Both the position numbers and the translations under genes were made by a program. A DNA stretch of 64,000 bases. It comes from a bacterium. GTDB lineage: Bacteria > Patescibacteriota > Minisyncoccia > Phycocordibacterales > UBA12088. The DNA is taken from positions 128,701 through 192,700 of the forward strand of contig QKEV01000003.1 of the NCBI GenBank assembly GCA_003252295.1, in the 5' to 3' direction. Shown here piece by piece: positions 19,275 to 30,900 of this stretch (positions are counted from its first letter, which is position 1; each line of letters opens with the position of its first letter). Under the pieces are notes generated by a model, which had not been told where the DNA came from, did no database searches, and saw only the letters and a list, made by a program, of their open reading frames with translations.

Positions 19275-20132
19275 ATGTTACAAAGTCTTGCAAAGACCAC
19301 AGCGGTCATTGTGAGCTCCACCGTCTTGGCAACGCTTGCTGTGAACGCTGTTGATATGAACGGCGCATTCTCCCACTCAATGCTTGGAGGACTGCTGTTT
19401 TCTGTTAGTAGTGAAGAAACTGAGACATGTCCTCCAAACATGGTGCTCGTCACACAAGCGCTCGTGCCATTTTGTGTTGATATGTATGAGGTGTCCGCAG
19501 GTGATGCGTGTGTATACGCTGAACCAGCTGATGAAGCAGAAACCATGTTAAATCTCAATGATAGAAAATGCACACCTGTCTCAGAGGTAAACAAAAAACC
19601 ATGGACTAATGTGTCACTCGATCAAGCACAGCAAGCATGTTCACGAGCAGGGAAACGACTTCCAACAGCGAGTGAATGGTACAAGGCAGCAATAGGTACT
19701 CCTGACATGTCCTCTGGTTGGAACGAAGAGCAGTGTAATGTTGCCAATAATCGTGCAGATGGTGCGTCACTAACGGGAGGTGGTATGCGCTGCATTTCTG
19801 ATGCTGGTGCGTACGACATGGTGGGAAACGTCTGGGAGTGGGTAGCTGATACTGTAGATAATGGTGTATGGGATGGGAGAGAGCTACCGATGACAGGTTT
19901 TGTGGCAGGTGTTGATATTGATGGTATACCGTACCTCACAGAACAAACAAAAAATGCAACCTTTAATAATGATAGGTTTTGGATGGATAGTACTATTCAT
20001 GCAGGTGTACTGCGAGGTGGATACTACAACAGTCAGAGTCAATCAGGAGTGTACGCTACCTACATGGCGAGCCCTCCAACATTTAGTGGTGATGCAGTGG
20101 GTTTTAGATGTGTGACAACAGTTCATGAGTAG
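19275..20132 (+). CDS. Secreted FGE-sulfatase (SUMF1 / formylglycine-generating-enzyme) domain protein.
   Basis: Signal peptide. Motifs KRLPTASEWYKAA, MVGNVWEWVAD, LRGGYY and GFRCV match PF03781 hallmarks (RLPTEAEWE, GNVWEW, RGGS., GFRC). Confidence 0.75.
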   Translation: MLQSLAKTTAVIVSSTVLATLAVNAVDMNGAFSHSMLGGLLFSVSSEETETCPPNMVLVTQALVPFCVDMYEVSAGDACVYAEPADEAETMLNLNDRKCTPVSEVNKKPWTNVSLDQAQQACSRAGKRLPTASEWYKAAIGTPDMSSGWNEEQCNVANNRADGASLTGGGMRCISDAGAYDMVGNVWEWVADTVDNGVWDGRELPMTGFVAGVDIDGIPYLTEQTKNATFNNDRFWMDSTIHAGVLRGGYYNSQSQSGVYATYMASPPTFSGDAVGFRCVTTVHE

Positions 20133-21996
20133 TACTATAAATACAAAAATTTGGTGGTGGGGAGGTTGTGTACTATTCATGTTTTTAATGATGTGTGTGC
20201 ATGTGGTGAGCTCACAGTCGACCTCATACTTGACGTACGTGAGCGATCGATTGACGCATAGTGCACCTGCTGCATCAACAAACCATACGATTACCTTTAC
20301 ATTGACACAGGCAGTACCAGCGGGCGGTGCTGTTGAGCTGCTCTTTGATGAAGGTGGAATAACTATCCCGGCAGCACTCGACTACACTGATGTTGATATG
20401 GCATTTGCAGCAGTAGCAGGTGGTCCCTATACGGAACGTCCTCTGTCATGGCTACAGAGCGCTGGAACTGATGATGTGACCGTGACGAGTGGTGCAAATG
20501 GGAGTGTGCGCTTTGACCTTAATACATCGGTAGGTATTGCCGCTGGTAATGAAGTAGTAGTTGAAATAGGTACTAATGCAACCTATGGTGCTCTTGGTGA
20601 TCAGCAAACGACACTGATCAATGCTACCGGTACGTATCCGGTAACCATTTACACATACGATGCTTCGGATATAGAAATAGATTATGGTAGAACAGTTTTT
20701 GTTGTAGTTGAGCCGGTGACGGCTGGTCCAGTGGATACCACAGACACTGACCCACCGATCATTATAAGTTCATGGCCAAGCGGCATTCTGCAAACGGGAA
20801 CAGAGGCAGCTGAGATGTATGTAGAGACAAATGAGTTGGCAACCTGTAAGTACGCAACATCGAGCATGTCGTACTCGCTCATGCCGTATACATTCTGGTC
20901 AACCTCAACATCTGATTATGCACTATGGAACTTTGCACAACTCACCGGACTCACTGATGGTGAGTCGTACATATACTATGTTCGCTGTATTGACTTTCGT
21001 TTGAATGAAATGAACCCGGATTACATTATTGCGTTTGAGGTAGGTATTCCTCCTGGAAGTTCGACAACTACCTCGACTAGTACGAGTGTCGGTACCGGAA
21101 TAGGTGATGTTGCAAGTTCTACCTGTATTGGAGACCAATGTGTTGGAGACGACATTGGTTCCGGTAGTGGTTCAACAGGTACGGGAGACGGTAGTAGTCC
21201 TACAGGAGGTGATAATAGTGGTAGTGGCAACGGAGGAGGTAGTAGTGGTGGTGATTACTTACCACAAGCTGATGTAATGATCGATGGTTGGGCATATCCG
21301 AACTCAACAGTGTATCTTTTGCGTGATGGGGTAGAAGTAGGTACTGAGTCACCAGGAGGTGACGCATACTTTAGTAACCTTACTGAAGGACTTGATCGTG
21401 GTTCGTACTCATTTTCAGTGTATGCCATAGATGCAAAAAATGGACGCAGTGCAACAATCAGTACCACGCTCTGGTTGCAACAAGATACGTACAATGAGAT
21501 CAGTAACGTCATGCTTCCTCCTACGGTGCATGTCGTTGAGAATTCTGTTGCACCAGGTGCACCATTAGAGGTGAGTGGATATACTGCTCCACGAGCAACA
21601 GTGACAACATGGCTCAGGCCAAAACTTGCAGAGGTAACGAGTGCTGATATTGTTGCAACAACAACAGCAACTGCTGCAGGTACCTGGGCGCTCACCATAA
21701 GTACTACAGGACTCTCTCAAGGAACCTATGAACTTATAGCACAAGCAGTAATGCCAGATGGAACAGTAGAGAGTGATAAGAGTTTGCGGAAGACTATCGG
21801 TATTGGGGTAGACGTGGGTGCAGATGGAGATTGTATCAGTATAGGAGACCTCAACTGTGATGGGTATGTGAACCTTGTAGACTTTTCTATCTTGCTCTTC
21901 AATTGGAACACCTCAAGTGCAACAGCAGATATAAATGGTGATGGTTTAGTATCATTGCCTGACTTCTCGATTATGCTCTACAACTGGACGGGCTAA
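20125..21996 (+). CDS. Secreted 623-aa protein with a Gly/Ser-rich linker, an Ig-like domain and a C-terminal type-I dockerin-like module.
   Basis: The C-terminus GDLNCDGYVNLVDFSILLFNWNTSSATADINGDGLVSLPDFSIMLYNWTG carries two Ca-binding F-hand-like segments (D.N.DG.V...D). Start codon overlaps the stop of the FGE-like gene (20125 vs 20132). Confidence 0.8.
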   Translation: MSSTINTKIWWWGGCVLFMFLMMCVHVVSSQSTSYLTYVSDRLTHSAPAASTNHTITFTLTQAVPAGGAVELLFDEGGITIPAALDYTDVDMAFAAVAGGPYTERPLSWLQSAGTDDVTVTSGANGSVRFDLNTSVGIAAGNEVVVEIGTNATYGALGDQQTTLINATGTYPVTIYTYDASDIEIDYGRTVFVVVEPVTAGPVDTTDTDPPIIISSWPSGILQTGTEAAEMYVETNELATCKYATSSMSYSLMPYTFWSTSTSDYALWNFAQLTGLTDGESYIYYVRCIDFRLNEMNPDYIIAFEVGIPPGSSTTTSTSTSVGTGIGDVASSTCIGDQCVGDDIGSGSGSTGTGDGSSPTGGDNSGSGNGGGSSGGDYLPQADVMIDGWAYPNSTVYLLRDGVEVGTESPGGDAYFSNLTEGLDRGSYSFSVYAIDAKNGRSATISTTLWLQQDTYNEISNVMLPPTVHVVENSVAPGAPLEVSGYTAPRATVTTWLRPKLAEVTSADIVATTTATAAGTWALTISTTGLSQGTYELIAQAVMPDGTVESDKSLRKTIGIGVDVGADGDCISIGDLNCDGYVNLVDFSILLFNWNTSSATADINGDGLVSLPDFSIMLYNWTG

Positions 21997-22009
21997 CCAG
22001 AAGCGTATT

Positions 22010-22232
22010 TTTGGCGACCATCTTCAGTATTTTCGTTGTTAGTTTGTTCACCGTATATCGAATACGGCTTACAAACACAACTCCTCAATACTTCGATATT
22101 CATCCAAAATGTACACTTCTGGAAACTTCAATATGTAACTCTTGAATGAATTCCTTGACGCCTTGAACCTTACTCAAGAAATTAATACCTTGCAGTTCAA
22201 GGGTATAGCTCCTTGGTGCCTTGAATTTGCTT
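22010..22232 (+). repeat. Conserved intergenic element, copy C.
   Basis: tttcgttgtt...ttcaCCGTATatcgaATACGGctt at 22047-22070, then ccttgacgccttgaacctta (22153-22172) and ggtgccttgaatttgc. It lies downstream of the dockerin gene. Confidence 0.65.
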
Positions 22233-22483
22233 TAAAGTATACTGCCAGCTACTTTCGTATTTTCAATTACTCAAGACCAAAACAATCAGGGTTTGTGTTT
22301 TAAATGTAAAAAAGTAAATTAAAAATTATAAAGATAGTGTGGTGGAATATTTTATCCACAAAAGTTTGTGTATTGTTTTTTTAAAAAAAAGTACAAGGAG
22401 TGCTATACTCTAAGTACGGCGCAAACTACATATGCAACGGGGGTTGCTATTACGCGCGTTCTTTAGTCATAGTTCATTAGAAT

Positions 22484-22987
22484 ATGGGTACTTTTATGGA
22501 TAAACTTAAAGGCAAGGGTCTTGTAGACAAGGAGGGGAATCCGATGGATCCTGCATCAGCTCAGCAAAACCAGCAAGCTCAACAAGGAGTGTTGCCTGGG
22601 CATGCTTTGCAGCTCCCAGTTGACGTATTTCAGTCAGATAATGAAATCGTTATTTATGCCCAACTCGCGGGTATGGACATGCAGACACTTGACGTGTCTA
22701 TTGCTGGTGAAAACGACGTCGTGAGTATACAGGGCTCTGCACTCCGGCCAGAGCAGCTCATGCATGACGCAAGTGCCTCACACAATGGTGATTTTACCCT
22801 TGAAGAGTGTCATTGGGGTGACTTTTACCGACAGATCATTCTTCCAGATGAGATAGATCCTGAGCATGCGGAGGCAAAAACAAAAGATGGTGTACTCGTA
22901 TTACGATTGCCACTCCTTGGAAAACAAGCAAAGGGTTTACGATTAAATGTGACTCGTGTAGACGACCACACAGTGCAGAGTCAATAA
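22484..22987 (+). CDS. Small heat-shock protein, Hsp20 / alpha-crystallin family.
   Basis: 167 aa. The alpha-crystallin domain ends ...AEAKTKDGVLVLRLPL. There is no signal peptide. Confidence 0.75.
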   Translation: MGTFMDKLKGKGLVDKEGNPMDPASAQQNQQAQQGVLPGHALQLPVDVFQSDNEIVIYAQLAGMDMQTLDVSIAGENDVVSIQGSALRPEQLMHDASASHNGDFTLEECHWGDFYRQIILPDEIDPEHAEAKTKDGVLVLRLPLLGKQAKGLRLNVTRVDDHTVQSQ

Positions 22988-22988
22988 A

Positions 22989-24473
22989 ATGCTTTGCTCA
23001 TCGCGAAAACATATGAGCAAGGGTGTAAGTATACAACGTAACACAAGGCATCTTGGGAAACTACTCAGTTTGCTTTTTGTGTTTTTACTTGTTTTGGTCT
23101 TGCCGCGACCTTCATACGCGGCGAGCTATGCGTTTTCTCCTGCAACAGGTTCCTATGAGGTGGGTAAGAGTTTTACTGTAAAGGTGATGGTGAATGCTGG
23201 TGGAGACGCAGTGAACACAGGTGATGCTACCATTACATATGATTCGAACTTACTCACCGCTGTGTCTGCTGCAAAAGAATCAGCGTTCAATCTTTGGGTT
23301 ACTGAACCGACCATAAAAGCTGGTACGATAACATTTGCAGGAGGAGGCACCACTGCTATTTCTGGAACAAAAGCAATTGTCACGATCACCTTCAAAGCAA
23401 AGGCTGAGGGTACGGCGACGGTAGCCTTTTCAAAGGCAACACTCTTAGCTGGAGCAGGACAGAATGTTCTTAGTGGTTCTGATGGAGCAACGTTTACTAT
23501 TACACCTGCAGCTGCTACACCGGAACCTACTGCAGATCCGGAGGAGGAGAATCGAAACACAAAGATACCACCACCTGATGCACCTGTTATAAAGAGTACA
23601 ACACATCCTGAGAGTGAAGAGTGGTACGCTGCGTCTGATGCTGCGTTTAACTGGGATATACCGTATGGTGTAACTGCCATGCGTCTTTCCTTTGATCAAG
23701 ATGAGAAGGGTGCTCCTACTGAACAGCACAAGCCACCGATAGGTGAGTGGAAGACGAGTGGTGTAACTGATGGTGTTTGGTATCTCCATGCTGATTTTGA
23801 AAATCGTGGTGGCTGGGGAAGTTCTACTTCCTTTGCGATACATGTGGATACAACACCTCCTGAGGAGTTTAGTGTTTCTGCTGCTGGTGGAGATCTTACA
23901 GCAGAATTGCGTTTTGAAGCAGTAGATGCACTCTCTGGTATTTCATATTATGAGGTGTCTATTGATGATGGTAGTCCACGAGACGTACAGCCAACAGAGC
24001 TTACAGATGGCTATCGACTCACCAATCTTGATCCGGGTGAGCATACGATAGCAGTGACAGCATTTGATATGGCAGGGAATGAACGTTCAGCAGGTGGATC
24101 GGTTGAGGTGACAGGCACAAAACAGGTTGAGGAGGAGGTCTCTGAACCAATAGGATTTGACGCTATCTACTGGGTATCACTCTTGTTCATGGCAGCACTT
24201 GCAGTGGTAATAACCATGCTCATCAAGGAACGTCGCAAGTTTGTTGAAGAAAAAGATCATATTAAACGTGAGACCATGGAGGTAGGTGACCGACTCATAA
24301 ACATTTTTGGTGTACTTCGTGATGAGATTGAGGAAAAGGTGATAGAACTTTCTCATAAGCCAAATATGACCGACAATGAACGTAATATACTCGAGGGCTT
24401 GAAAGATGCACTCGATATTTCAGAAGAGCTTATCGATAAGGAGATCGAGGATGTTAGGAAGCTCCTCAAGTAG
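22989..24473 (+). CDS. Membrane-anchored cohesin-like scaffold protein: signal peptide, cohesin-like domain, Ig/FN3-like domain, TM helix, cytoplasmic coiled-coil tail.
   Basis: SYAFSPATGSYEVGKSFTVKVMVNAGGDAVNTGDATITYDSNLLTAV...GTITFAGGG...IVTITFKAKAEGTATVAF...ATFTI has a cohesin-like beta-sandwich pattern. TM helix IYWVSLLFMAALAVVITMLI. Paralogous to the ORF at 58948 (GEHTIAVTAFDMAGNERS vs GEHVLTVTAFDNAGNSTS). Its ATG directly abuts the Hsp20 stop. Confidence 0.65.
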   Translation: MLCSSRKHMSKGVSIQRNTRHLGKLLSLLFVFLLVLVLPRPSYAASYAFSPATGSYEVGKSFTVKVMVNAGGDAVNTGDATITYDSNLLTAVSAAKESAFNLWVTEPTIKAGTITFAGGGTTAISGTKAIVTITFKAKAEGTATVAFSKATLLAGAGQNVLSGSDGATFTITPAAATPEPTADPEEENRNTKIPPPDAPVIKSTTHPESEEWYAASDAAFNWDIPYGVTAMRLSFDQDEKGAPTEQHKPPIGEWKTSGVTDGVWYLHADFENRGGWGSSTSFAIHVDTTPPEEFSVSAAGGDLTAELRFEAVDALSGISYYEVSIDDGSPRDVQPTELTDGYRLTNLDPGEHTIAVTAFDMAGNERSAGGSVEVTGTKQVEEEVSEPIGFDAIYWVSLLFMAALAVVITMLIKERRKFVEEKDHIKRETMEVGDRLINIFGVLRDEIEEKVIELSHKPNMTDNERNILEGLKDALDISEELIDKEIEDVRKLLK

Positions 24474-24482
24474 CTACTACTC

Positions 24483-24535
24483 ATAAATATATAATTAGGT
24501 ATATAACTAATTATATACCTAATTATATACCTACT
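24483..24535. repeat. AT-rich palindromic element (aggtatata ... tatatacct repeats).
   Basis: taggtatataactaattatatacctaattatatacct contains inverted and direct repeats. It lies immediately 3' of the 22989 gene and 5' of the giant gene. Confidence 0.5.
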
Positions 24536-24874
24536 GGCAAAGATAAAAAATTATTTTTTATGTGTTGTATCTAAGATGCTCTTGAAAAATAAACATACTG
24601 TTGCACAATTTTTCTAGAAAAATAGTTACACAACAGCTCTCACTCAAAAAGTGTAAGCTGTTTTATTTTATAAAAGATATAGGGGGAGAGATAAGTTATT
24701 TTTTTTCTTGTCTATGAAGAAACTGTGGGCTCACATACGGCTTGAGTGTTGTGTTTAAGGAAAGGGTATAAAAAATATTTTTTATACTATAGTTTATTTG
24801 TAATATGGCTAGAAATATACATATTTTATTATTTATGTTGCTGGTTCTGTGAGATAATGTAGGTATCGAATACT
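24536..24874 (+). promoter_or_regulatory. AT-rich upstream / promoter region of the 5883-aa giant gene.
   Basis: About 340 bp of non-coding AT-rich sequence with several TATA(A/T)T-like hexamers, for example tatactatag, taatat and atatac. No ORF. Confidence 0.3.
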
Positions 24875-24904
24875 GTGCGTGCACAGGGGTTGTTCGGTGT
24901 AGAA

Positions 24905-27900
24905 ATGTTGAAACGTTTTTCATTTATTTATCGAAACAAGATACCACTCATAGTGGCAACACTCGTTGTGTTCATAGCAACACTCGTTGTATTTGCAGTG
25001 GAAGAGGAGAAAACGATCCATGTTTTTCCAACTGCAGTGAAGAGTGAGAACTGGATGAAAGAGAATAACGCACTTGAGCAGAGTCTTGGTGATCAAGCGG
25101 TACTTGAAGACTTTGATAGAGATAATTCTGCCTTTGTAATCTTTATAGAACATGAAAAACCTGATGAGGTTAAAGAGGAGGTATCAGAGGAAGAGGGTGG
25201 CACTGAGGGTGTCACACCTAATGATGCAGCAGAGGAGACAGAACAAGATGGGGTAACTGAAGAGGTGAATAATGAAGCAGGTGAGAGTACTCCTGCTGAG
25301 GAAGTGATAGAGGAAGAAGAAGTAGAAGAGCAGGAAACAATAGAAGAAGAGGAATCAACTATTGCGCCGATGGAAGATCTCACTATGCATGAGTATCTTT
25401 TTGATCTTGGAAGAGGTTTTGTTGGAAAACAAGCACATGCACAGGAGGTGGTTGAAGATACAGAAGAAGTAGAACAGGTTCCTGAGGAGGTTGAGGAACC
25501 ACAGATGAACAGTGAAGAGGAGGCAGTTGTAGCAGAACCTGTTACAGAAGAAATTGTTGAGGAAGTGTCGGAAGTTGAAGATATACAAACAGACGAGACG
25601 TCTTCAGGTGTGGAAGAGACGGTATCTGAGCCAGAGGAAGGTATTGCTGATGAGATAATGGATGAAGAAGTGGTAGAGGATGATACTGAAAATTCTGACC
25701 AGGTGGAAGAAGTACAGGAAGAGCAAGAGATTAAGGATGTGGTGAGTGATGAAGAGGTGATAACCGATACTTCCGTTGAGGAGGGTGTAGATGAGGATGT
25801 CCGTGTATGTAAGGTGCTCGGTACAGAATGCTACACACTTGAGTTTGATGGCTTCGATATCGGCAGTGTGCTTTCAGAGGAAACGGTAACAGGGTACACC
25901 TTGAATGCATCACTCGCAGCGCACTCTGATATAGATAGGTTTACGGATGATAAGGTACTCGTTCGTTACTTCTACAAGGGTAAGTGGCACCTTGCTGGTG
26001 AGATTGCCATTCGAGATACCATTTCAAACTTTGAGAATGGTGGTCATTTCCGTTTTGCTCTGCCTGATCTTTCAGGATGGGATGCGCTCCATACCTTTAA
26101 AGTTGAATTTGAGTTTGTTCGTCAGAGTGATGTGCGAACTGATTTCTATCTCGACAGTGTTTGGGTGGAAACAACATACCGGACTGATGGAAACGAAGGT
26201 CCTGTGTTTCCTGACAATGTACTTGAAGAACTCGAACACCTCGAGCAGGCACGTCGAGGTGATTTGTTGCGGGTAGATGATGACACGGTCATTACACTTC
26301 CATACGCAACTACCGATGGTGATGATCTGGTCATTCGTTCAAGTGAGGTAGCACTCGAGAGTCCTGGTACTGGTGAGATGTACTTTTCGGTGACCAATAT
26401 TGGAGATTCCAAGAAAGACTTCTCACTTTCGTTTTACATGCCGGATGAAGAGAGTGAACCACAGATGCTGCGGCAGTGGATGTACAACATTCCAGAAGAG
26501 GAAGAGGTGATTGAGTATGGCAGTCTTGCTCAGTACTGTGAGGGGACGTGGGTGCCGGATGAAGATGAGCCAGAGCGCTACTTGTGTGCTGAAACCGGAG
26601 TTGATCTCTACTGTAGCGAGCTCAACAGTGATATGACGAACTGTATTGAGAACAATGTTGAAGTTGGGCGTCATACAGAAACAGCTTACCGTGAGGGTTG
26701 GCATGAGTACCTGCTTGATCAAGAAGTGAAGGAGTCATCTAATGAAGAGGAAGTTGGAGAAAATGGAGAAACTGCTACTGATGCTATGTCTGCACAGGTA
26801 GCAGCAACAGAAGATGAGAAAGAAAAAGAGAGTTTCATTGACCGAGTCCGACGTTGGTTTAGTTTTACCAAACAGCCGGAACGTGATGCTGCTGTTACCT
26901 ACACTTCAAAAAATACTTTTACCGTTGCTCCTGACCAAACACTCTTCTTCTCGTCTCGTATTGAGTACCCGCAGATATCTGAGGGTGGTTTTGCGGTAGT
27001 TGCTACAGCTCGTAACGAGGCACCAGCACTTGATATTTCTTGGAAGAGTGATTGGCGTTACCGACTACCTGTTGAGTTTGATAGGGACATGGTCGGAGAT
27101 CGTCTCGATCTAAAACTCACTGTTGATGATGTACCACACATGTTTTCACATGTGGGTGATTGGTCGCAACTCTTCATACGTGAAGCTGATTCACATAGTG
27201 CAGAGTGGCTTCCGTTCACCCATACGGTGGTGAGTGACAGTAGGGTAGAGCTTTCAGTCGATCTGAGCACACTCTCTTCTGGTGCGCATGAACTTGAGGT
27301 CTACTATGGTGATGATGAAGTAATGAAAGAAGAGCGTAAGTTGCGAGGCAGTAAGCTGTTTATTAATCCTGAAGCACTATCTCTTGGTAGAGATGCTGAA
27401 GGTGCAGCAGATGATCTTACTGAACTCGGTTACAGAGTTGGTACGGTACAAGAGGTGGTGCTTGATGATGAGCCAAACCATCGGGTCCTTGTTGGGGAGG
27501 AGGAAGATGGCAGTTTCCCAGAAGATGGAAAACTTGTCTTTGCGTACCGTTCAAACAGAGCTGAGTCAAGGGAAGGAGTGTTTGCCGATGTTCCTGACAC
27601 GAATGATTTCAGTATTGCGCGCGCAACCCTTATTCATGCAGGTAAGGGTGAGGTACCTGATACAAGTGTGATCAAAACGGTTGGCAATGAGTGGGTGCTC
27701 AACACAGGCATGAGCAAGCGCACCTTTACCCCAGGAAAGTATATTCTTGAGGTTGAGGTGGTTGAGGGAGATACACGATATGTTGATACACAGGAGTTCT
27801 ACTGGGGTGTACTCACCTGGAACACAACAAAGAGTGTCTATGAAGTAGGTGAGACCGCTACCATGCACATGGGAGTTCTTGCTGACAGTGGTAGTACTGT

Positions 27901-30900
27901 TTGCGATGCAACGCTTGAACTCACACTCCGTACCCCAAGTGGTGAGGAGGTAACGGTACCTGTGTCAGCAAGTGGTGTGTGTGTTGGTAACACTGTTGTT
28001 GGTGTACCGGACTACAGTGCTGCGTACACACTCGGAGAGGTGGGGACCTACGATGTACTCCTCAAGTCCATTGGCAAGGATGGCACGGTACTTCATCAAA
28101 TAGAGGATAGTATCGTCGTCGAAACAAATACACCGTATATTATTGAGCGAACAGGACCAACGAGAATCTATCCAGTTGCTGATTACATAATGATGCTTGC
28201 GGTTACCACAGATAACACGTACGTGGGAACTGTACGTGAGGTAGTGCCGGCGTCATTTAGGGTGTACGACTACGGAGATGCTCGTATCTACACTGAAGGA
28301 AATGAGACATTCATTGAGTGGGATGTGGCACTCATTGGCGGCGAACGTGCTGAACTTTCATACAGCTTCGATGCACCCGATATAAGTCCGTACGTGTACC
28401 GACTTGGTCCTGCAACACTTGGAGATGTATTTACTGAACTGCGGGAGTGGCAGATAGCTTCAGATGCCACAGGAAACATGCTCATCCTCTGGGATGATGG
28501 TGCTACGGTGCCTACCGGTTGGACCTGTGTATCGTGTACCTCTGGAGATCCGTTCTATCAGCGGTTTATCATGGGAAGCTCCACGTACAACACCACGGGT
28601 GGTGCGACGACGCATAATCATTCAGCAACAGGAAGTGTCTATACTAGTGGTGCCGGAGCGACAGAGAGTCTTGGTAGTGGTGTCATTGAGGTGGTTGGTC
28701 ACACACATACCTACACGCCAACTATTTCTTCAGAGAACAACTTGCCGTTGTATCGTCAGCTTCGCGTGCTCGAGTACAACTCTGCCGGTGAACCTACAGA
28801 GCTACCGGCAGGTGCAATAGTGTACTTTGATGCCACAGTGCCGAGTGGTTGGACTCAGTACGCAGCTCAGGATGGGTACTACGTGTACGGTGAAAATACG
28901 CCGGGAACGACAGGTGGGTCAAATACTCATAGTCACACCATTTCAGGTTCAACAGATACTTCAGTTGGAGACTCGGTGGGAAGCCGAGGAGGTGGCACAC
29001 AAGCTTCTGCTGCAACAGATGCACATACGCATACGGTTTCTGGTGGTACACTCACAGATTCAAATGAACCACCGTACGTTGAGATGATTCTTGGTAAACT
29101 TGATGCAACAACAACACTGCCAAATGGCATGATAGGTATGTGGACTGATGAAGTGCCGACTGGTTGGTTAACCATTTCGAGCTCAACGGAGACGCTCGAG
29201 AACAAGTTTATAAAACCTGCTGCAACATACGGTAGTGAGGGAGGATCAGCAGCACATGCTCACAGCGATGTTACAGGACTCACCTCAAGTTTGGTAGGTG
29301 GTGCAGCGAGTAGAGCTGGTAGCTCTGGAGTAGAACCACATACGCACACTGTTGATGTGACGAGCTTCTCAACGGAATCGAGTCTGCCTCCGTACGCTAC
29401 TGCTATATTTGGAAAACGTTTCTCCGATGACCCTATTTACACGCAGAACTACTACCGCTTCTACGTGAATGAAGACGCAGAACCACCAACAGATCCATGG
29501 CCAGCAGGAGTGACTGATCTTGCTGAGAATGCTCGTATCACGACGAGCGACTACACGAGTAAGGGTGATGTGGTACGTATGCGCATGTCGGTCAGTGTCA
29601 CCAATGCAACCTCAACCGCAGATACTGATGCCTTCAAGTTGCAGTATGCAGCCGGGTCAACCTGTAGTGACTCAGGACTCGTTTGGTACGATGTTGCACC
29701 AATAGGTTCAACGACGGCACCATGGCGAGGCTACGACAATAGCTCGCTCACCGATGGTACTGAGGTGAGTTCCACAACACTTTCCGTTTCAGATGTGTTT
29801 GAAACATACGAAGAGGAGAATCCTTCAGCGAGCACCACCAACGACATTGAGATAGACCAAGAAGGTGAGTGGGACTGGGTGGTGCAGCACAACAATGCAA
29901 GTGCGGGAACCGACTACTGTTTCAGGATGGTGCAGAGTGATGGAAGGGTGTTCTCTGGGTACAACAACTATCCGCAACTCATCACCGATGAGGCGCCGGT
30001 CGCTGCGACACTCCTTACGCCGTTTGATAATGAGAAAGCTTCAAGTACAGCACCAGTCTTCACCTTTTACACCACTGATCCTGAGGGAGATGCTATCCAC
30101 TACCAGATACAAGTAGATGACGATTATCTCTTTGGAAGTCCTGTAATAGATGCAAATTCAATAACTTCGACGAGTGATTTTGGAAACGTGGATACACCTG
30201 CAGATAAGGCACCGTTCAACTCGGGAGACACTATGAAGTACGATGGGGCTTCAGGTCTTTCCAACAATACGACGTACTGGTGGCGTGTTCGAGGTCGTGA
30301 TACAGAGGGTTCTGACCAATGGGGTGATTGGTCCGACGCAAGGAGCTTCACCACTGATACGTCGGTCACTATTTCTACTTGGTTCCAGACAACTGATGAA
30401 CAATTTGATACTGATACACTCACTGGTACAGAAAGTTCCGGTGGTTCTGATCAGGTAGTGCTTACTACGGGAAGTACAACAGGTTCGGTTGTTTCAACAG
30501 CTATTGATTTTGATTGGGGCACTGATGGAAACGCATGGGGATACCTCTACTTCACCGATACTGAGATATCGAGTGATTTGAAGTACAGTATTGAGTACTA
30601 TGATACCGATAGTGAAGAGTGGGGCTTGATACCTGATACAGATCTTTCTGGCAACTCTACTGGATTTGATACCTCACCAGTCACACTTCTTTCTCTAGAT
30701 ACATCTACCTATAACCAGATTCGCTTGGTTGCTGATCTTACCAATAGTGGTGCAAGTCCAATTCTCCATGACTGGACGGTGGAGTGGGGAACGAGGGTGC
30801 AGCAGCCGACACTTATGAAATTGTTTGATAATGAGAAGACGGGAACAACAACACCATCATTTGAGTTTACTACGACTGATCCACAAGATGATGATCTGGT

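Noticed and set aside
28472-29420. A possible prophage, because of the tail-collar/MdpB domains.
   Set aside because: No terminase, portal, capsid, integrase or other phage genes anywhere in the 64 kb. The domains are embedded in-frame in a 5883-aa cellular surface protein.
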